Shown here piece after piece: positions 15,001 to 27,179 of a DNA stretch of 64,000 nucleotides; position 1 is the first letter of the stretch; every line of letters begins with the position of its first letter. The translations under genes and the position numbers were made by a program. The notes below the pieces were generated by a model. It saw nothing but the letters and a program-made list of their open reading frames with translations. It had not been told where the DNA came from and did not search any database. The stretch comes from Eledone cirrhosa. Taxonomy: Eukaryota. The stretch spans positions 253,890,001 to 253,954,000 of the forward strand of contig OZ024742.1 in NCBI GenBank assembly GCA_964016885.1, given 5' to 3'.

Positions 15001-17391
15001 GTGGACAGTATACTGAAGGGGAATATGTCCTGGAGTGGACAGTATACTGAAGAGGAAGGAATATGTCCTGTAGTGGACAGTATATTGAAGGGGAATATGT
15101 CTTGTAGTGGACAGTATACTGAAGAGGAAGGAATATGTCCTGTAGTGGACAGTATACTGAAGGGGAATATGTCTTGTAGTGGACAGTATACTGAAGATGA
15201 AGGAATATGTCCTGTAGTGGACAGTATACTGAAGGGGAATATGTCTTGTAGTGGACAGTATACTGAAGAGGAAGGAATATGTCCTGTAGTGGACAGTATA
15301 CTGAAGTGGAAGGAATATGTCCTGTAGTGGACAGTATACTGAAGTGGAATATATCATGTAGTGGACAGTATACTGAAGAGGAAGGAATATGTCCTGTAGT
15401 GGGCAGTATACTGAATAGGAATATGTCCTGTAGTGGACAGTATACTGAAGAGGAAGGAATATGTCCTTGAGTGGACAGTATACTGAAGAGGAATATATCT
15501 TGTAGTGGACAGTATACTGAAGAGGAAGGAATATGTCCTGGAGCGGACAGTATACTGAAGAGGAAGGAATATGGCTTGTGGTGGACAGTATACTGAAGAG
15601 GAAGGAATATATCCTGTAGTGGACAGTATACTGAAGGGGAATATGTCCTGTAGTGGACAGTATACTGAAGGGGAATATGTCTTGTAGTGGACAGTATCCT
15701 GAAGAGGAAGGAATATGTCCTGTAGTGGACAGTATACTGAAGGGGAATATGTCTTGTAGTGGACAGTATACTGAAGAGGAAGCAATATGTCCTGTAGTGG
15801 ACAGTATACTGAAGGGGAAGGAATATGTCCTGTAGTGGACAGTATACTGAAGGGGAATATGCCTTGTAGTGGACAGTATACTGAAGGGGAATATGTCTTG
15901 TAGTGGACAGTATACTGAAGGGGAAGGAATATGTCCTGTTGTGGACAGTATACTGAAGGGGAATATGTCCTGTAGTGGACAGTATACTGAAGGGGAATAT
16001 GTCCTGTAGTGGACAGTATACTGAAGAGGAATATGTCCTGTAGTGGACAGTATACTGAAGAGGAATATGCCTTGTAGTGGACAGTATACTGAAGGGGAAT
16101 ATGTCTTGTAGTGGACAGTATCCTGAAGAGGAAGGAATATGTCTTGTAGTGGACAGTATACGGAAAAGGAAGGAATATGTCTTGTAGTGGACAGTATACT
16201 GAAGGGGAATATGTCTTGTAGTGGACAGTATACTGAAGGGGAATATGTCCTGTAGTGGACAGTATACTGAAGGGGAAGGAATATGTCCTGTAGTGGACAG
16301 TATACTGAAGAGGAATATGTCTTGTAGTGGACAGTATACTGAAGAGGAATATGTCTTGTAGTGGACAGTATAATGAAGAGGAAGGAATATGTCTTGTAGT
16401 GGACAGTATACTGAAGTGGAAGGAATATGTCCTCTAGTGGACAGTATACTGAAGTGGAAGGAATATGTCCTGTAGTGGACAGTATACTGAAGAGGAATAT
16501 GTCTTGTAGTGGACAGTATACTGAAGAGGAATATGTCCTGTAGTGGACAGTATACTGAAGAGGAATATGTCTTGTAGTGGACAGTATACTGAAGAGGAAG
16601 GAATATGTCCTGTAGTGGACCGTGTACTGAAGAGGAAGGAATATGTCTTGTAGTGGACAGTATACTGAAGTGGAAGGAATATGTCCTGTAGTGGACAGTA
16701 TACTGAAGTGGAATGAATATGTCTTGTAGTGGACAGTATACTGAAGAGGAATATGTCTTGTAGTGGACAGTATACTGAAGGGGAATATGTCCTGTAGTGG
16801 ACAGTATACTGAAGTGGAAGGAATATGTCCTGTAGTGGACAGTATACTGAAGAGGAATATGTCCTGTAGTGGACAGTATACTGAAGAGGAATATGTCTTG
16901 TAGTGGACAGTATACTGAAGGGGAATATGTCTTGTAGTGGACAGTATACTGAAGTGGAATATGTCCTGTAGTGCACAGTATACTGAAGAGGTAGGAATAT
17001 GTCCTGTAGTGGACAGTATACTGAAGTGGAATATGTCTTGTAGTGGACAGTATACTGAAGAGGAATATGGCCTGTAGTGGACAGTATACTGAAGGGGAAT
17101 ATGTCTTGTAGTGGACAGTATACTGAAGACGAATATGTCCTGTAGTGGACATTATACTGAAGAGGTATATGTCCTCTAGTGGACAGTATACTGAAGAGGA
17201 AGGAATATATAACTGTAGTGGACAGTATACTGAAGGGGAATATGTCTTGTAGTGGACATTATACTGAAGGGGAAGGAATATGTCCTGTAGTGGACAGTAT
17301 ACTGAAGGGGAATATGTCTTGTAGTGGACAGTATACTGAAGGGGAATATGTCTTGTAGTGGACAGTATACTGAAGAGGAATATATCTTGTA
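1..17391. repeat. Tandem minisatellite array of interleaved 34-bp and 38-bp units, consensus GTCYTGTAGTGGACAGTATACTGAAGDGGAA(GGAA)TAT; continues beyond the left edge
   Basis: Unit starts at 1, 39, 73 give 38- and 34-bp periods that differ by one GGAA. The array runs uninterrupted to ~17391, roughly 480 units by length. Confidence 0.98.
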
Positions 17392-17404
17392 ATCTCAGCC
17401 TGCA

Positions 17405-17470
17405 CATCATCATCATCCTCCGCCTCCTCATCATCATCATTTTTACATCCACTTTTACCTGCTTGCAACC
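17405..17470 (-). mobile_element. 3' terminus of an RTE-type element with (GAT)n tail, abutting the satellite
   Basis: Minus strand reads GGTTGCAAGCAGGTAAAAGTGGATGTAAAAATGATGATG, matching the tails at ~30960, ~39030 and ~41820. Confidence 0.7.
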
Positions 17471-17984
17471 AATTTATGACCACACGTACAACTGATCTAA
17501 TATAAAAATACAAACATTTCTCTCTTTGCAGAACTCTTTTGCTAAAATGTCAGGGGCATCATTTCCTCACAGCATAGTATTTCAACAAAATCTGATAATT
17601 TTATTAATTTTTTTATGTTTTGTTTTTGCCACTAGTGGTTTACTGAAGTTGTTATTTGTTATTTCAGTTACTTATTTGAGTATTTCTCACTAATGATTCA
17701 ATTTTCCAAAATTTTGCATAAACTTCAAAGAAATTTTGTTCTCTGAATGTTGCGTAAAATTTGTAAAATTAGATGACTGAAGGCAGAATATGTATATAAA
17801 CAAATTGAGATGGAAATATCATGCATAAAATAACATGTGCAACACATGTCATATATTATATTTGAAAAGGAGATGAAACAAAGACAAAACCAGTGAGTTG
17901 AAGACAAAATGAAAGTTTTTAAAGATTGGCATGAAGGATAGATACATGTGGAAAAATTGGAATATGGTGTAACATTGAAATTTC

Positions 17985-18185
17985 ATTTTATCCAAGGAAA
18001 TGGCTGATACAGTCTGGCACCAGTATTGTTGAAACTCATTTTTTCCATCTGAATGGACTTGTGTAATGTGAAATTAAGTGTCTTGCTCAAGGTTACAATG
18101 TACCAAATGGTCTGCAATCTGCAAATTAAACTCACCACCTTGTAATTATGAGCCTAAAATCCTACTTCCTAAGTCACATGTGTTC
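17985..18185 (-). mobile_element. Degenerate tRNA-derived SINE (CORE/V-like body)
   Basis: Minus strand has TTGAGCAAGACACTTAAT downstream of a decayed B-box-like segment. Confidence 0.35.
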
Positions 18186-18394
18186 AGTTTAACTCTTAAA
18201 ATATTGTACCATAGAAAACCACATTAACAAAACATTCTTGTAAAGTCAAAAAAAAAAAAAAAACAGCACTGTAACTGGAACAGAAAACATAGTAATTCCT
18301 TCATTCGAATACTGTGAATCTTTACAATGATCTGCCAACTAGCAATGATACAATAAACATTTGAATTAACACACCTAATTTTAGACATTTTCTG

Positions 18395-18686
18395 CTAAAT
18401 CATCACTGGATGTTACAAATCAATACTTTTGTGCCCATATTTATAATGATAGACACTCCTTATGGTTTTTCAAATAATTTTGAAAATAAACATAAAGTTG
18501 TAGGGATTTAGTAATATTACTAACTTTCTCATTATGAAGTTGCTGTTTGGAAAACAGCTTAATACAGTTTCTTACATAAAATTATGATGGAACGTTTTTA
18601 GATAAATATAAACACATTAAAATAAACAGTTTTATAACAGAGAACCAGGGGGAAATTTCAGACAGTTTGGTATGAAAAGGGTTAAC
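18395..18686. mobile_element. Fragment of a TTAA-flanked (piggyBac-like) MITE family
   Basis: Ends in CAGTTTGGTATGAAAAGGG-TTAA, the same terminus seen at ~46930 and ~59475. Confidence 0.45.
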
Positions 18687-19647
18687 AATACTGATGCAAA
18701 CAACTGAACATAACATCATAATGCATAATTTTATAGTAAATTTTAACTAAATCAAGTGTGCGAATATATTGTCAATATTGCCTACAATTCTCTTGGATTC
18801 TCAATTAACTTATCAACAGATGAAAGGTAAAAGAAAACTGTTTATTTTTTTAATATTTAAATTGAGAATTGCTTATTAGTTTATTCAATTAAATAGAAAA
18901 TGTATCCAGTATTAATAATTTACGTTTGAAAGTAAGAAATCAATATTATGTGAACGGTAAAAATCAATAATTTATAGATTTAGACGTTCGCAGATATTTT
19001 GACATATGGAGTGAATTCACACACACTTGCACAAACACACACACACAGAATCCCACATGCATATACATAAAATGAAAAAGATGATGATGGTGACTTTCAC
19101 ATGTAAAATGATCCACGTGCTTTATATTCATTTGCATGCCTGGCAGGATTATTCACATTTACAAAACAGAAACCGAAAGTGAAGCAGGTATTTGCTAATT
19201 AATCACAAGGAGTGGATGTGTGATGAGCAGTAGCAACAGCAGCAGCAGCAGTAGTAGTAGCAGCAACAGCAACTGCATCAGCAACAGCAGCACCACTAGT
19301 AGTATTAGTGTAACTGCCTCCCTAATTGAGAAAACTGTTTGACATGATGTGCCCTTAAACAAAGTGATCCCCTGTTGCTATTCCAGTAGTTTGAGTAGCA
19401 GTTTAATCAGGATTTTACAGCATACAGCAAAACAAATGCAGAAGCTCACAGCTGTCCATTGCATAATATTCAGTAAAGCTTTAATATTCATGGTCCATGC
19501 TTCCCTAACTTGGGATTAATTGAATGTATGGCAATTATTAATGGTGACACATCAAGAATCTTCGTGTGGAGAATTCTGCCAATGTTGATATTAAAATACA
19601 AAGTTTAAATGAGCATTTGACAAGAATATGGAAAGTTTATATGACAA

Positions 19648-19790
19648 TGGTTTCTGATTTAGGCACAAAGCCAACAATTTTGGGGGATGGGAAAGCCAGT
19701 TACATTGACCCCAATGCATTACTGGTACTTTGTTTTATCGTACCTGTAAGGATGAAAGGCAAATCTAACCTCGGCAGCATTTGAGTAACG
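19648..19790 (-). mobile_element. 5'-truncated tRNA-derived SINE, same family as 27722
   Basis: Reverse complement carries TTTGCCTTTCATCCTTACAGG...ATAAAACAAAGTACCAGTAATGCA...CCCCCAAAA...TTTGTGCCTAAATCAGAAAC. Confidence 0.8.
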
Positions 19791-19796
19791 CTATAC

Positions 19797-20115
19797 CAGG
19801 GGTATGCTACATATCCCATTGGTGGGCCACTTTTGAACATTGGAATAGCTATTAGGGTCATTAATATTTATTAAGCACTATTCCAAATATTCATCACAAC
19901 TTCTTTCCATAACATGGAACTGGGAAATTATAACACACACAATCCTATCAGTGAAGCCCATTAGTATAGGTCAACTCACAGAAAATTGTATTATGGTTAT
20001 GAAAAAAATTCTAAATAAACCTACAAGGTAAAAATTAAAAACCCTCATCACGGGCCCCTCTGACTGATATGGTGGGTTGGATTGTGGCCCGAGGGCCACC
20101 TGTTGCACACCCCTA
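19797..20115. mobile_element. hAT-like MITE
   Basis: Imperfect TIRs CAGGGGTATGCTAC / GTTGCACACCCCTA, a subterminal GGCCCGAGGGCC motif, and a decayed 8-bp TSD (CGCTATAC / TCATATAC). Confidence 0.5.
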
Positions 20116-20269
20116 TCATATACTATAAGTCATATTGTCCAACTATTGACTAAACATAAATCACATTTTGTTGATTGCCCTAGCAATTAAAGACTATTGC
20201 AACATACACAACAAAAGCGTCTATCCTGCACATCAACTGACATTGCTGCTGGTTTTTTGACGGATGATA

Positions 20270-21030
20270 TAGTGGTAGTGTTGGTGTCATAATGGAATGC
20301 ACCTAGTACACACTGTAAAGTGGTAGCGTTGGTGTCACAATAAAATACACTCAGTACACACTGTAAAGTGGTAGCGTTGGTACCATGGTGACATTCACCC
20401 AGTATACTCTGTCATGTAGCAGTGCTGGTGCCACAAAAAAATGCACCTAGTACACCATGTTAGGGTTGATATTAAGAAGGTAACCTACCCATAGAACCCA
20501 AGCCAAATATGAAATACAAGAGCACGATGAAGTTTTCCTGACTTGTCCTGTCTGTGAAAACCCATGACATAAAACAGCATATACACACAGGTACTCTGCA
20601 TATACAGAGAATCCTTTCTATATATGTACGCATCATCAGCATCATCATCATAGTCATCACTTTAACATCTATCATCCATGCATGTAAGGGTTAGAATTGA
20701 TGTTACCAACTGAGATTAGACTGGTCAGAGGGCCAGGTCTTAATCATTTAATTTGTTTTAGACTTGCTTTCTACAGCTGTATGCCCCTCCTAATGCCAAT
20801 CAGATTACAGTATGTACTGCGAGAGTTATATCATGAATCCACCAGGGTGGACTGGGTGTTTTCTGTTAAGGAATTAACACTACCAACTTATAGAGGGGAT
20901 TGAGTTCTCTTTTTGTGGCACCAGCAATAATGCCATAGAGTACAGACTGGGTACATTTTATTGTAGGACCAGCACTTCCATTTTACAGAGTGGGCTGGGT
21001 GTATTTTTATTGTGACACCAGCACTGAGAA
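20270..21030. mobile_element. Two oppositely oriented degenerate copies of the RTE-related 3' module (~20270-20570 +, ~20630-21030 -)
   Basis: ~48-bp tandem subrepeats (GCACCTAGTACACACTGTAAAGTGG), a decayed GGTTGG..TTAGGAAGGGCATCCAGCTGTAGAAA motif, and a (CAT)n tail at ~20635. Confidence 0.6.
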
Positions 21031-21217
21031 AGAATTGATGGGAGTGGAGAGGTTTATACCACTGATGGTATAGTGTGAGGCATGTCTGGTTGTACATGCT
21101 GGTTTGCGTTGAACAAGGAAAGTGAATTAGGGATGTGGGAAGATGAAGCACAATATGCGTGGGCAAACATTTATAATGTATATATACATTTCTCTCTCCA
21201 CACACACACACACATAC

Positions 21218-22835
21218 ATAATAATGGTTTCATTTATTGGCCACAAGGGCCGACATATAGAGGTCAATACAATAGATGGGGACAGTAAGGACACAAAAAT
21301 CGAGTAAAAAATAGAAATACAATAACAATAAACAAGAATACTGAAAATTCCCCAATAGAGGAGATAACTACCCAGGGTTGATTCAGGTACTCCACCAATT
21401 CTGAACCAGCGAACGCTTCAAGGGCACCCTCGCCTCCTCAAATTCACCAGCCTACAGTCACATGATCAGAGTAGACACACTCACACGGGCCATTCTCGCC
21501 ACATTCACTTGCCTTTCAGCAAATGTACTGGGGTGCAGCACTTCTCTCTCCATCCTCACCTTCCTTTTCAAGTGAAATTTGAAAAGGTTGATGAGGGATT
21601 GGCCAAAGAGAAAAGTGTCTGTCTTCAGTCCTTACAACCTGGTCCACCATACAACCTCTTTCGCTACTGCCACCAGACAGAGGAAATTTGCACTTCCTGG
21701 CCAAAAGAAGGCAGTGGATCGATCTTTCCTATGGACTCGGCTGATAGCCGGATCCATCCTACATGTGACAACAGCTGTTCGACATAACTCCACAAATCAG
21801 TAATGCATCAACACTGGACGAGTGCGTGCAGAACAGTTTCATCACTCTGTGTGCATCTCAGGCAGGTCCATCTGACAGCACTTCCGTGCCTGTAGAGTTT
21901 ATCTCGAACTGGCAGTGGCCCTAGTAGCACTGCCAAGTGAAGGATTTTTGGAAGTTATCCATCATCCCCAGTTTGAAAGTCCACCGGAACAGACTGGTTA
22001 GTTCGATTTCGTCGATGCTCAGAGCCTCTCCGAGTGCGTCATCGCTCTTGTCTACCACTAATCCTCTACAGAATCGAGAGTGGAAGTTCCACTGATTGCA
22101 TTGCCCACCTCAGTGCATGTCTGCGCATCATTAGCCATGGTATGCCCAGCCCTCCATGTAGAGGGTGCTGGCAGCAGATGGACCACCTCACTAATGGAAC
22201 TTGTCCCCTGCACAAGAATTTGAAGAGGAGCCATTGCAACTTGGTGAGGTGCAGATGGCGCCAAGGCATGCTGGTTAGGTGGTAGTAGATGATGGACACG
22301 GTGTAAGCATTCACCACCTAAACCCAACCTTTCAGTGACAGCTTCTTCCCAGCCCATTTTTGGGTGAGACTGGCTACCCTGTCCGTCACCTCATCCCAAT
22401 TCTGATCCACTTGGAGGACTGGCCCGAAACAAACCCTGAGCAACTTTACTGGTCCGTCCATTCAGCACCCAATGATGCTGTTGGACAGCATGGACGTGCC
22501 TCTCCAGGTGTCGAGTTGCAAGCCCACTGACTTTTCCGGGTTAAGTTTCACTCCTGTCAACCTTTCATATTCTTCCAATAAGTTGCCGACCACCTCGATT
22601 TCTGAGGTGTCTGACACCAACATGGTGATGTCATCCGCATAAGCCAACACAGCCTTTCTGCATCCCGGGAGTCAATATGTACAGAAGGGAGGAGAGAAAG
22701 CACCCTTGACGGACTGATCAGGAGTCTGAAATGGTTCCGAGAGGTGGCCATTATACTTGACCACCAAGCAGATGCTGCTGTGCATTGTAGAAATCCAGCT
22801 TCTGAAGACAGAGCTGAAGCCAGCTGCCTTTGATA
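21218..22835 (-). mobile_element. 5'-truncated, degenerate Tx1/L1-clade LINE (RT C-terminal half, CCHC knuckle, 3' UTR)
   Basis: ORF pieces LAYADDITMLVSD...TGVKLNPEKSVGL and VNAYTVSIIYYHLT; CLRCTQSDETVLHALVQC zinc knuckle; AATAAA near the 3' end. Confidence 0.8.
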
Positions 22836-22969
22836 ACCCTGATGATTTGCAGGTATTTATGCATTGTATAAATAATTGTTAATTAATTTTTTTGGATTGA
22901 TTTGTTGTTTACAAGTGCATGTAAGCTTATCACCTGTATATAAATGATCACAGATATTCACCGCTAATA

Positions 22970-23682
22970 AGCTAATAAGCTTGAAACTAGTACAGCGTTC
23001 CTTTGTCAGTGTTGAACAAACGAGCAACGATGGTTGCTAGACACTACGGCTTAATACGGGATGTTTGTTTACAAACACACCGAGCAAGCATTATAATAAA
23101 TGTTCGGTGAATCCATACGTACATATATATATGTGTGCATGTATGTATATATACATACTACTGTACGTCTGTATACATATATGTATGTACGTATACATAC
23201 TTATATTTAAGTAACAGCCGTACTAAGAGTGGGAAATGAAATTTCGTTTCATTTTTTGCGTTTATCGTTTTCGGTGCACCCGGCCGATTAACCCACTCGA
23301 TATGCAAATTGGGCTACTCAGCCGTTAATATGCATAAGGTAAGTATATACGTTCAACAATCTGGCAGGAAGGTATACGTTGCTGACGAGAGCTAATAAAC
23401 TTGAAACTACTACAGCGTTCTTTTGTCAGTGTTGAACAAACGAGCAACGATGGTTGCTAGACACTACGGCTTAATACGGGATGTTTGTTTACAAACACAC
23501 CGAGCATTATAATAAATGTTCGGTGAATCCATACGTACATATATATATGTGTGCATGTATGTATATATATATACATACTACTGTACGCCTGTATACATAT
23601 ATGTGTGTACGTGTACATACTTATATTTAAGTAACAGCCGTACTAAGAGTGGGAAATGAAATTTCATTTCATTTTTTGCGTT
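22970..23682 (+). mobile_element. Partial tandem (420-bp monomer, ~1.7 copies) hammerhead-bearing non-autonomous retroelement (Penelope pLTR/retrozyme-like)
   Basis: 22970-23262 repeats at 23390-23682 (offset 420), with a hammerhead motif at the monomer junction. Confidence 0.75.
23376..23418 (+). ncRNA. Type I minimal hammerhead ribozyme (this copy slightly decayed)
   Basis: ACGTTG-CTGACGA-GAGCT aata AACTT-GAAA-CTACTA-CAGCGT. The sister copy at 22978-22998 keeps AGCTT-GAAACTAGTA-CAGCGT, restoring stem II and a palindromic stem III. Confidence 0.7.
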
Positions 23683-23929
23683 CTTATTGAGTGTTTCATG
23701 CAAAGCTTCCGAATATTGTTGTTTTTATGTGGATGTGGATGTTGGCCAAACACCGCAACTTGAATTTTACTCACTTCCACTCCTATCATTCTTTCCTAGC
23801 TTTATTAATAAATTAATTAATTTAATTAGTTTATTTTATTGATTGATTAATTATTTGTGTTTGTTTAATAACCTGGTTGAGAGCTTGAATTCAATAGATG
23901 TTAAACGGGGTTAATTCTTTTGTTCACAC

Positions 23930-24912
23930 TTTGAATTTGCCCACCAAAAACCCGGATGTGATTCTCCCTCTTTCCTTGAGAATGAACACACGACACGACT
24001 TTGGAAATGGAATTTTGAATCAAATGGCCTGAGAGTAAGCTTAGCCAAAACAAAAGCGCTAGTGAGTATGAAAGAAGATAGGACCCTGATCACAGTGGCC
24101 TTGCTTCATATGTAGAAAAGAAACAGGCATAAGCTCCATACAGTGTAGACTATGTAAATCTTGGATACACAAGAGATGTAGTGGGATAATAAGTAGAGTA
24201 ACAGAAAAGGAAGACTTTGTATGTAGAAGATGCACAGAAGTAATCATGGGGAAGAACATCAATGATATAAACCTTTTCAAGGCACAGGAAGGGTCCATAG
24301 AAGTGTTTGATAGCTTCTGATGTCATGGTGACTTAATTAGCAGTAGAGTAGCTTGCTCTGAGAGCATAAAAGCTAGAATATGGATAGGATGAAAGAAGTT
24401 TAGAGAGCTACTCCTACTGTTGATAACAAATGTTTCTCCCTACATACAAAAGGATGACTGTATGACACCTGTGTGAGAAGTGTGATGCTGCATTGGCTGT
24501 GACTGCAGAGGACATGCATAGACTGGAGAGAAATGAAGCAGCCATGCTTCATTCGATGTGCAATGTAAATGTGAGAGAAAGGTAGAGCTTGGATGAAGTG
24601 AGGGAGAAGCTGGGTTTAAGTGGAATCAGTGATAGTGTGCAGAAGAGAAGATTGCATTGGTTTTAACATGTGATGCACATGGATGATGATCAATGTGTGA
24701 AGAAATGCCATGAAATGCCAGTGGAAGGAAGCCACAGTAGAAGTAGAGCAAAAAAGATCTGAGCAGAGGTGGTGAGAGCTGACTTCAAATTACTGAGACT
24801 CACAGAGGACGAAGGAATGCAGTGAGTAGAGAGACACTGTGCTGAGAAGGACCCATTCAACCCATGTGAGCATGGAGGAACGGACGTAAAAATGATGCTA
24901 ATGATGATGATG
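23930..24912 (+). mobile_element. Old 5'-truncated RTE LINE remnant with short 3' UTR
   Basis: Decayed GLRVSLAKTK, intact CFICRKETGISSIQCRLCKSWIHKRC...FVCRRC finger, LERNEA motif, and tail CCCATGTGAGCATGGAGGAACGGACGTAAAAATGATG. Confidence 0.85.
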
Positions 24913-25271
24913 TTTATATGCATTCACACATTCAGAGAGAGATGGGGGAGAGTGAGGTAATGCAGAGAAAATTATCCGATGAGGAAGCAGTGTAAAGTTT
25001 AAGGGTAATTCACTAATTTATTTTCAACTATTTTATGAATTATTCATTCAGCTAGGCTGCTCTTAGTTTTATGAACGTTTTTATCATTGCCCAAAGCAAA
25101 CAGGTGGTTTTTATTTTCTCTGCAAACACTCTTACTGCTCTTATACAATAGCTGAATTGGAAACCACTTTGCACCCACATTCACAAACATACACATACAG
25201 TTTATGAATTAGAATTTGGGGACTCACAAACTTGCTTAGAAATTTATGAAGACACATTTAAACTGAGTGCA

Positions 25272-25274
<3 letters not shown>

Positions 25275-25364
<90 letters not shown>

Positions 25365-25398
25365 AATATACATATACATATATATTTTTACACAAATG

Positions 25399-25430
<32 letters not shown>
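25275..25430. repeat. (TA)n microsatellite
   Basis: Direct reading. Confidence 0.95.
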
Positions 25431-25432
<2 letters not shown>

Positions 25433-25861
25433 AGCATAGAAAAACCGATATAAAAATGATGATATATATATGGGAATTATCAAATATTTATCTGTTTTAT
25501 TGGTAATTATTTAACTCTGCTAATAATCCTGATGTGAGAAAGCCATTTTCTGGGATCCTGTTCTCTAAAGGTCATTGTACTTTACTTAAAGAATTGAAAT
25601 ACATAATATTTTAAATATTATGTTACATGTTCTGCTGAAAAATCCTATCATTCTTTAACCCTGTTGTTACCAAATTTACAATAAATGATACTGCCTATGG
25701 TTTTGAAACAATTTTAAAAATAAAGAGTTTGGAAAGATTTAGTAAAATATAATATATTTTACTAAATCTTACCATATTGGAGTACGGTTTTGCACTTCTC
25801 AGGAATGTCTTGCTAATGCACCTTCAAGTGGTACCAGATATTACATATTAATCTGTTTAAC

Positions 25862-25933
<72 letters not shown>

Positions 25934-26230
25934 TTGCAAAAAAATACAGAATTAATACCCCAAGAATCTATCTACTGCATAACTAATATTTTAATGAGTT
26001 TATGTCTGGAGCTATGTTTCTCAGAGACCCAGATAACATTCTTTTACTTGCAATGCTAAGTTTTCTCAATTCTTTCCCACATTTTGAATTTTCATCAACT
26101 AGTAATTTAACACCTGAACAAGCCTTTGAAACCTTAATAACCGTATAGTCCCAAGCAGGATTAAGTCTGAAGCAACAGTGTTTTGTGAACTGTTAATTTT
26201 ATGATTACCATTATAGACATTAGAGATAAC

Positions 26231-26273
<43 letters not shown>

Positions 26274-26455
26274 GTGATTGCGATAATGATGATGATGATG
26301 ATGGTGGTGATTGCGATGATGATATTGATAATGGCAGTAGAGGCAGTGGCGGCGGTGGTGGTGATGATGATGCTGACGATGATGATGGTAGTGGTGATGG
26401 TGATGATGGCAGTGGTGATGGTGGTGAGGATGACAGTGATGATGCTAATGATGCC
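25862..26455. repeat. (GAT)n microsatellites (25862-25931 pure; 26231-26455 degenerate GAT/GGT)
   Basis: Direct reading. Confidence 0.9.
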
Positions 26456-26930
26456 ATCACAGCTGATGTTGCCTCTACTGACAACCACAACTATGGGAGA
26501 CACAATACACACCATTCTTGCACTGTCTACCTTCTGCCCCTGATTAACATTCATCCCTGATTCCTTCCCTGGGAAACATGTGCTTTCCCTAGTGGTCACC
26601 TGCGTCCTGTTTGAGCATCACCGAGCTTATCACTGCTTTGTCATTTTACCCACATAGAATCAGTGAATCTGGCACCATATTTTGTACGAGACACTGACTG
26701 CTCCAAAGAACCTCACAGTAAGATCCAAACATGACCAACATGTTTAGGAAGCTACCTTGTAATCAGGCAACTCAACACATTTCAGTGAAATAGAATTATA
26801 GTTCAGCCAACTTTAATCACTGCTTTCTAGACAAAATATACAATCTGTGTATGCAATCTGTATAATGTGAAAAGGTAATTTGTTTCACTGAAGGTGCCAA
26901 TCACACTTATTAAAGTATATATCAATTTAC

Positions 26931-27022
<92 letters not shown>

Positions 27023-27056
27023 CATACATATATATATATAGTAAATTGATATACAC

Positions 27057-27094
<38 letters not shown>

Positions 27095-27136
27095 GCACAT
27101 ATATATATATATATACATATATGTGTATATATATAC

Positions 27137-27179
<43 letters not shown>

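Noticed and set aside
1-17391. CRISPR array (34-38-bp partly palindromic repeats)
   Set aside because: Repeats are directly adjacent with no unique spacers, there are no cas genes, and the context is eukaryotic.
81-17452. Repeat-protein genes from the many ORFs in the satellite
   Set aside because: 34- and 38-bp units are not multiples of 3, the frame shifts at every unit, and ORFs overlap in all frames; they arise from a stop-free repeat.
20270-20460. Origin of the satellite from the ~48-bp subrepeat (CAGTATACTCTG, CTGTAAAGTGG)
   Set aside because: Only short words are shared, in a different order; not convincing by eye.
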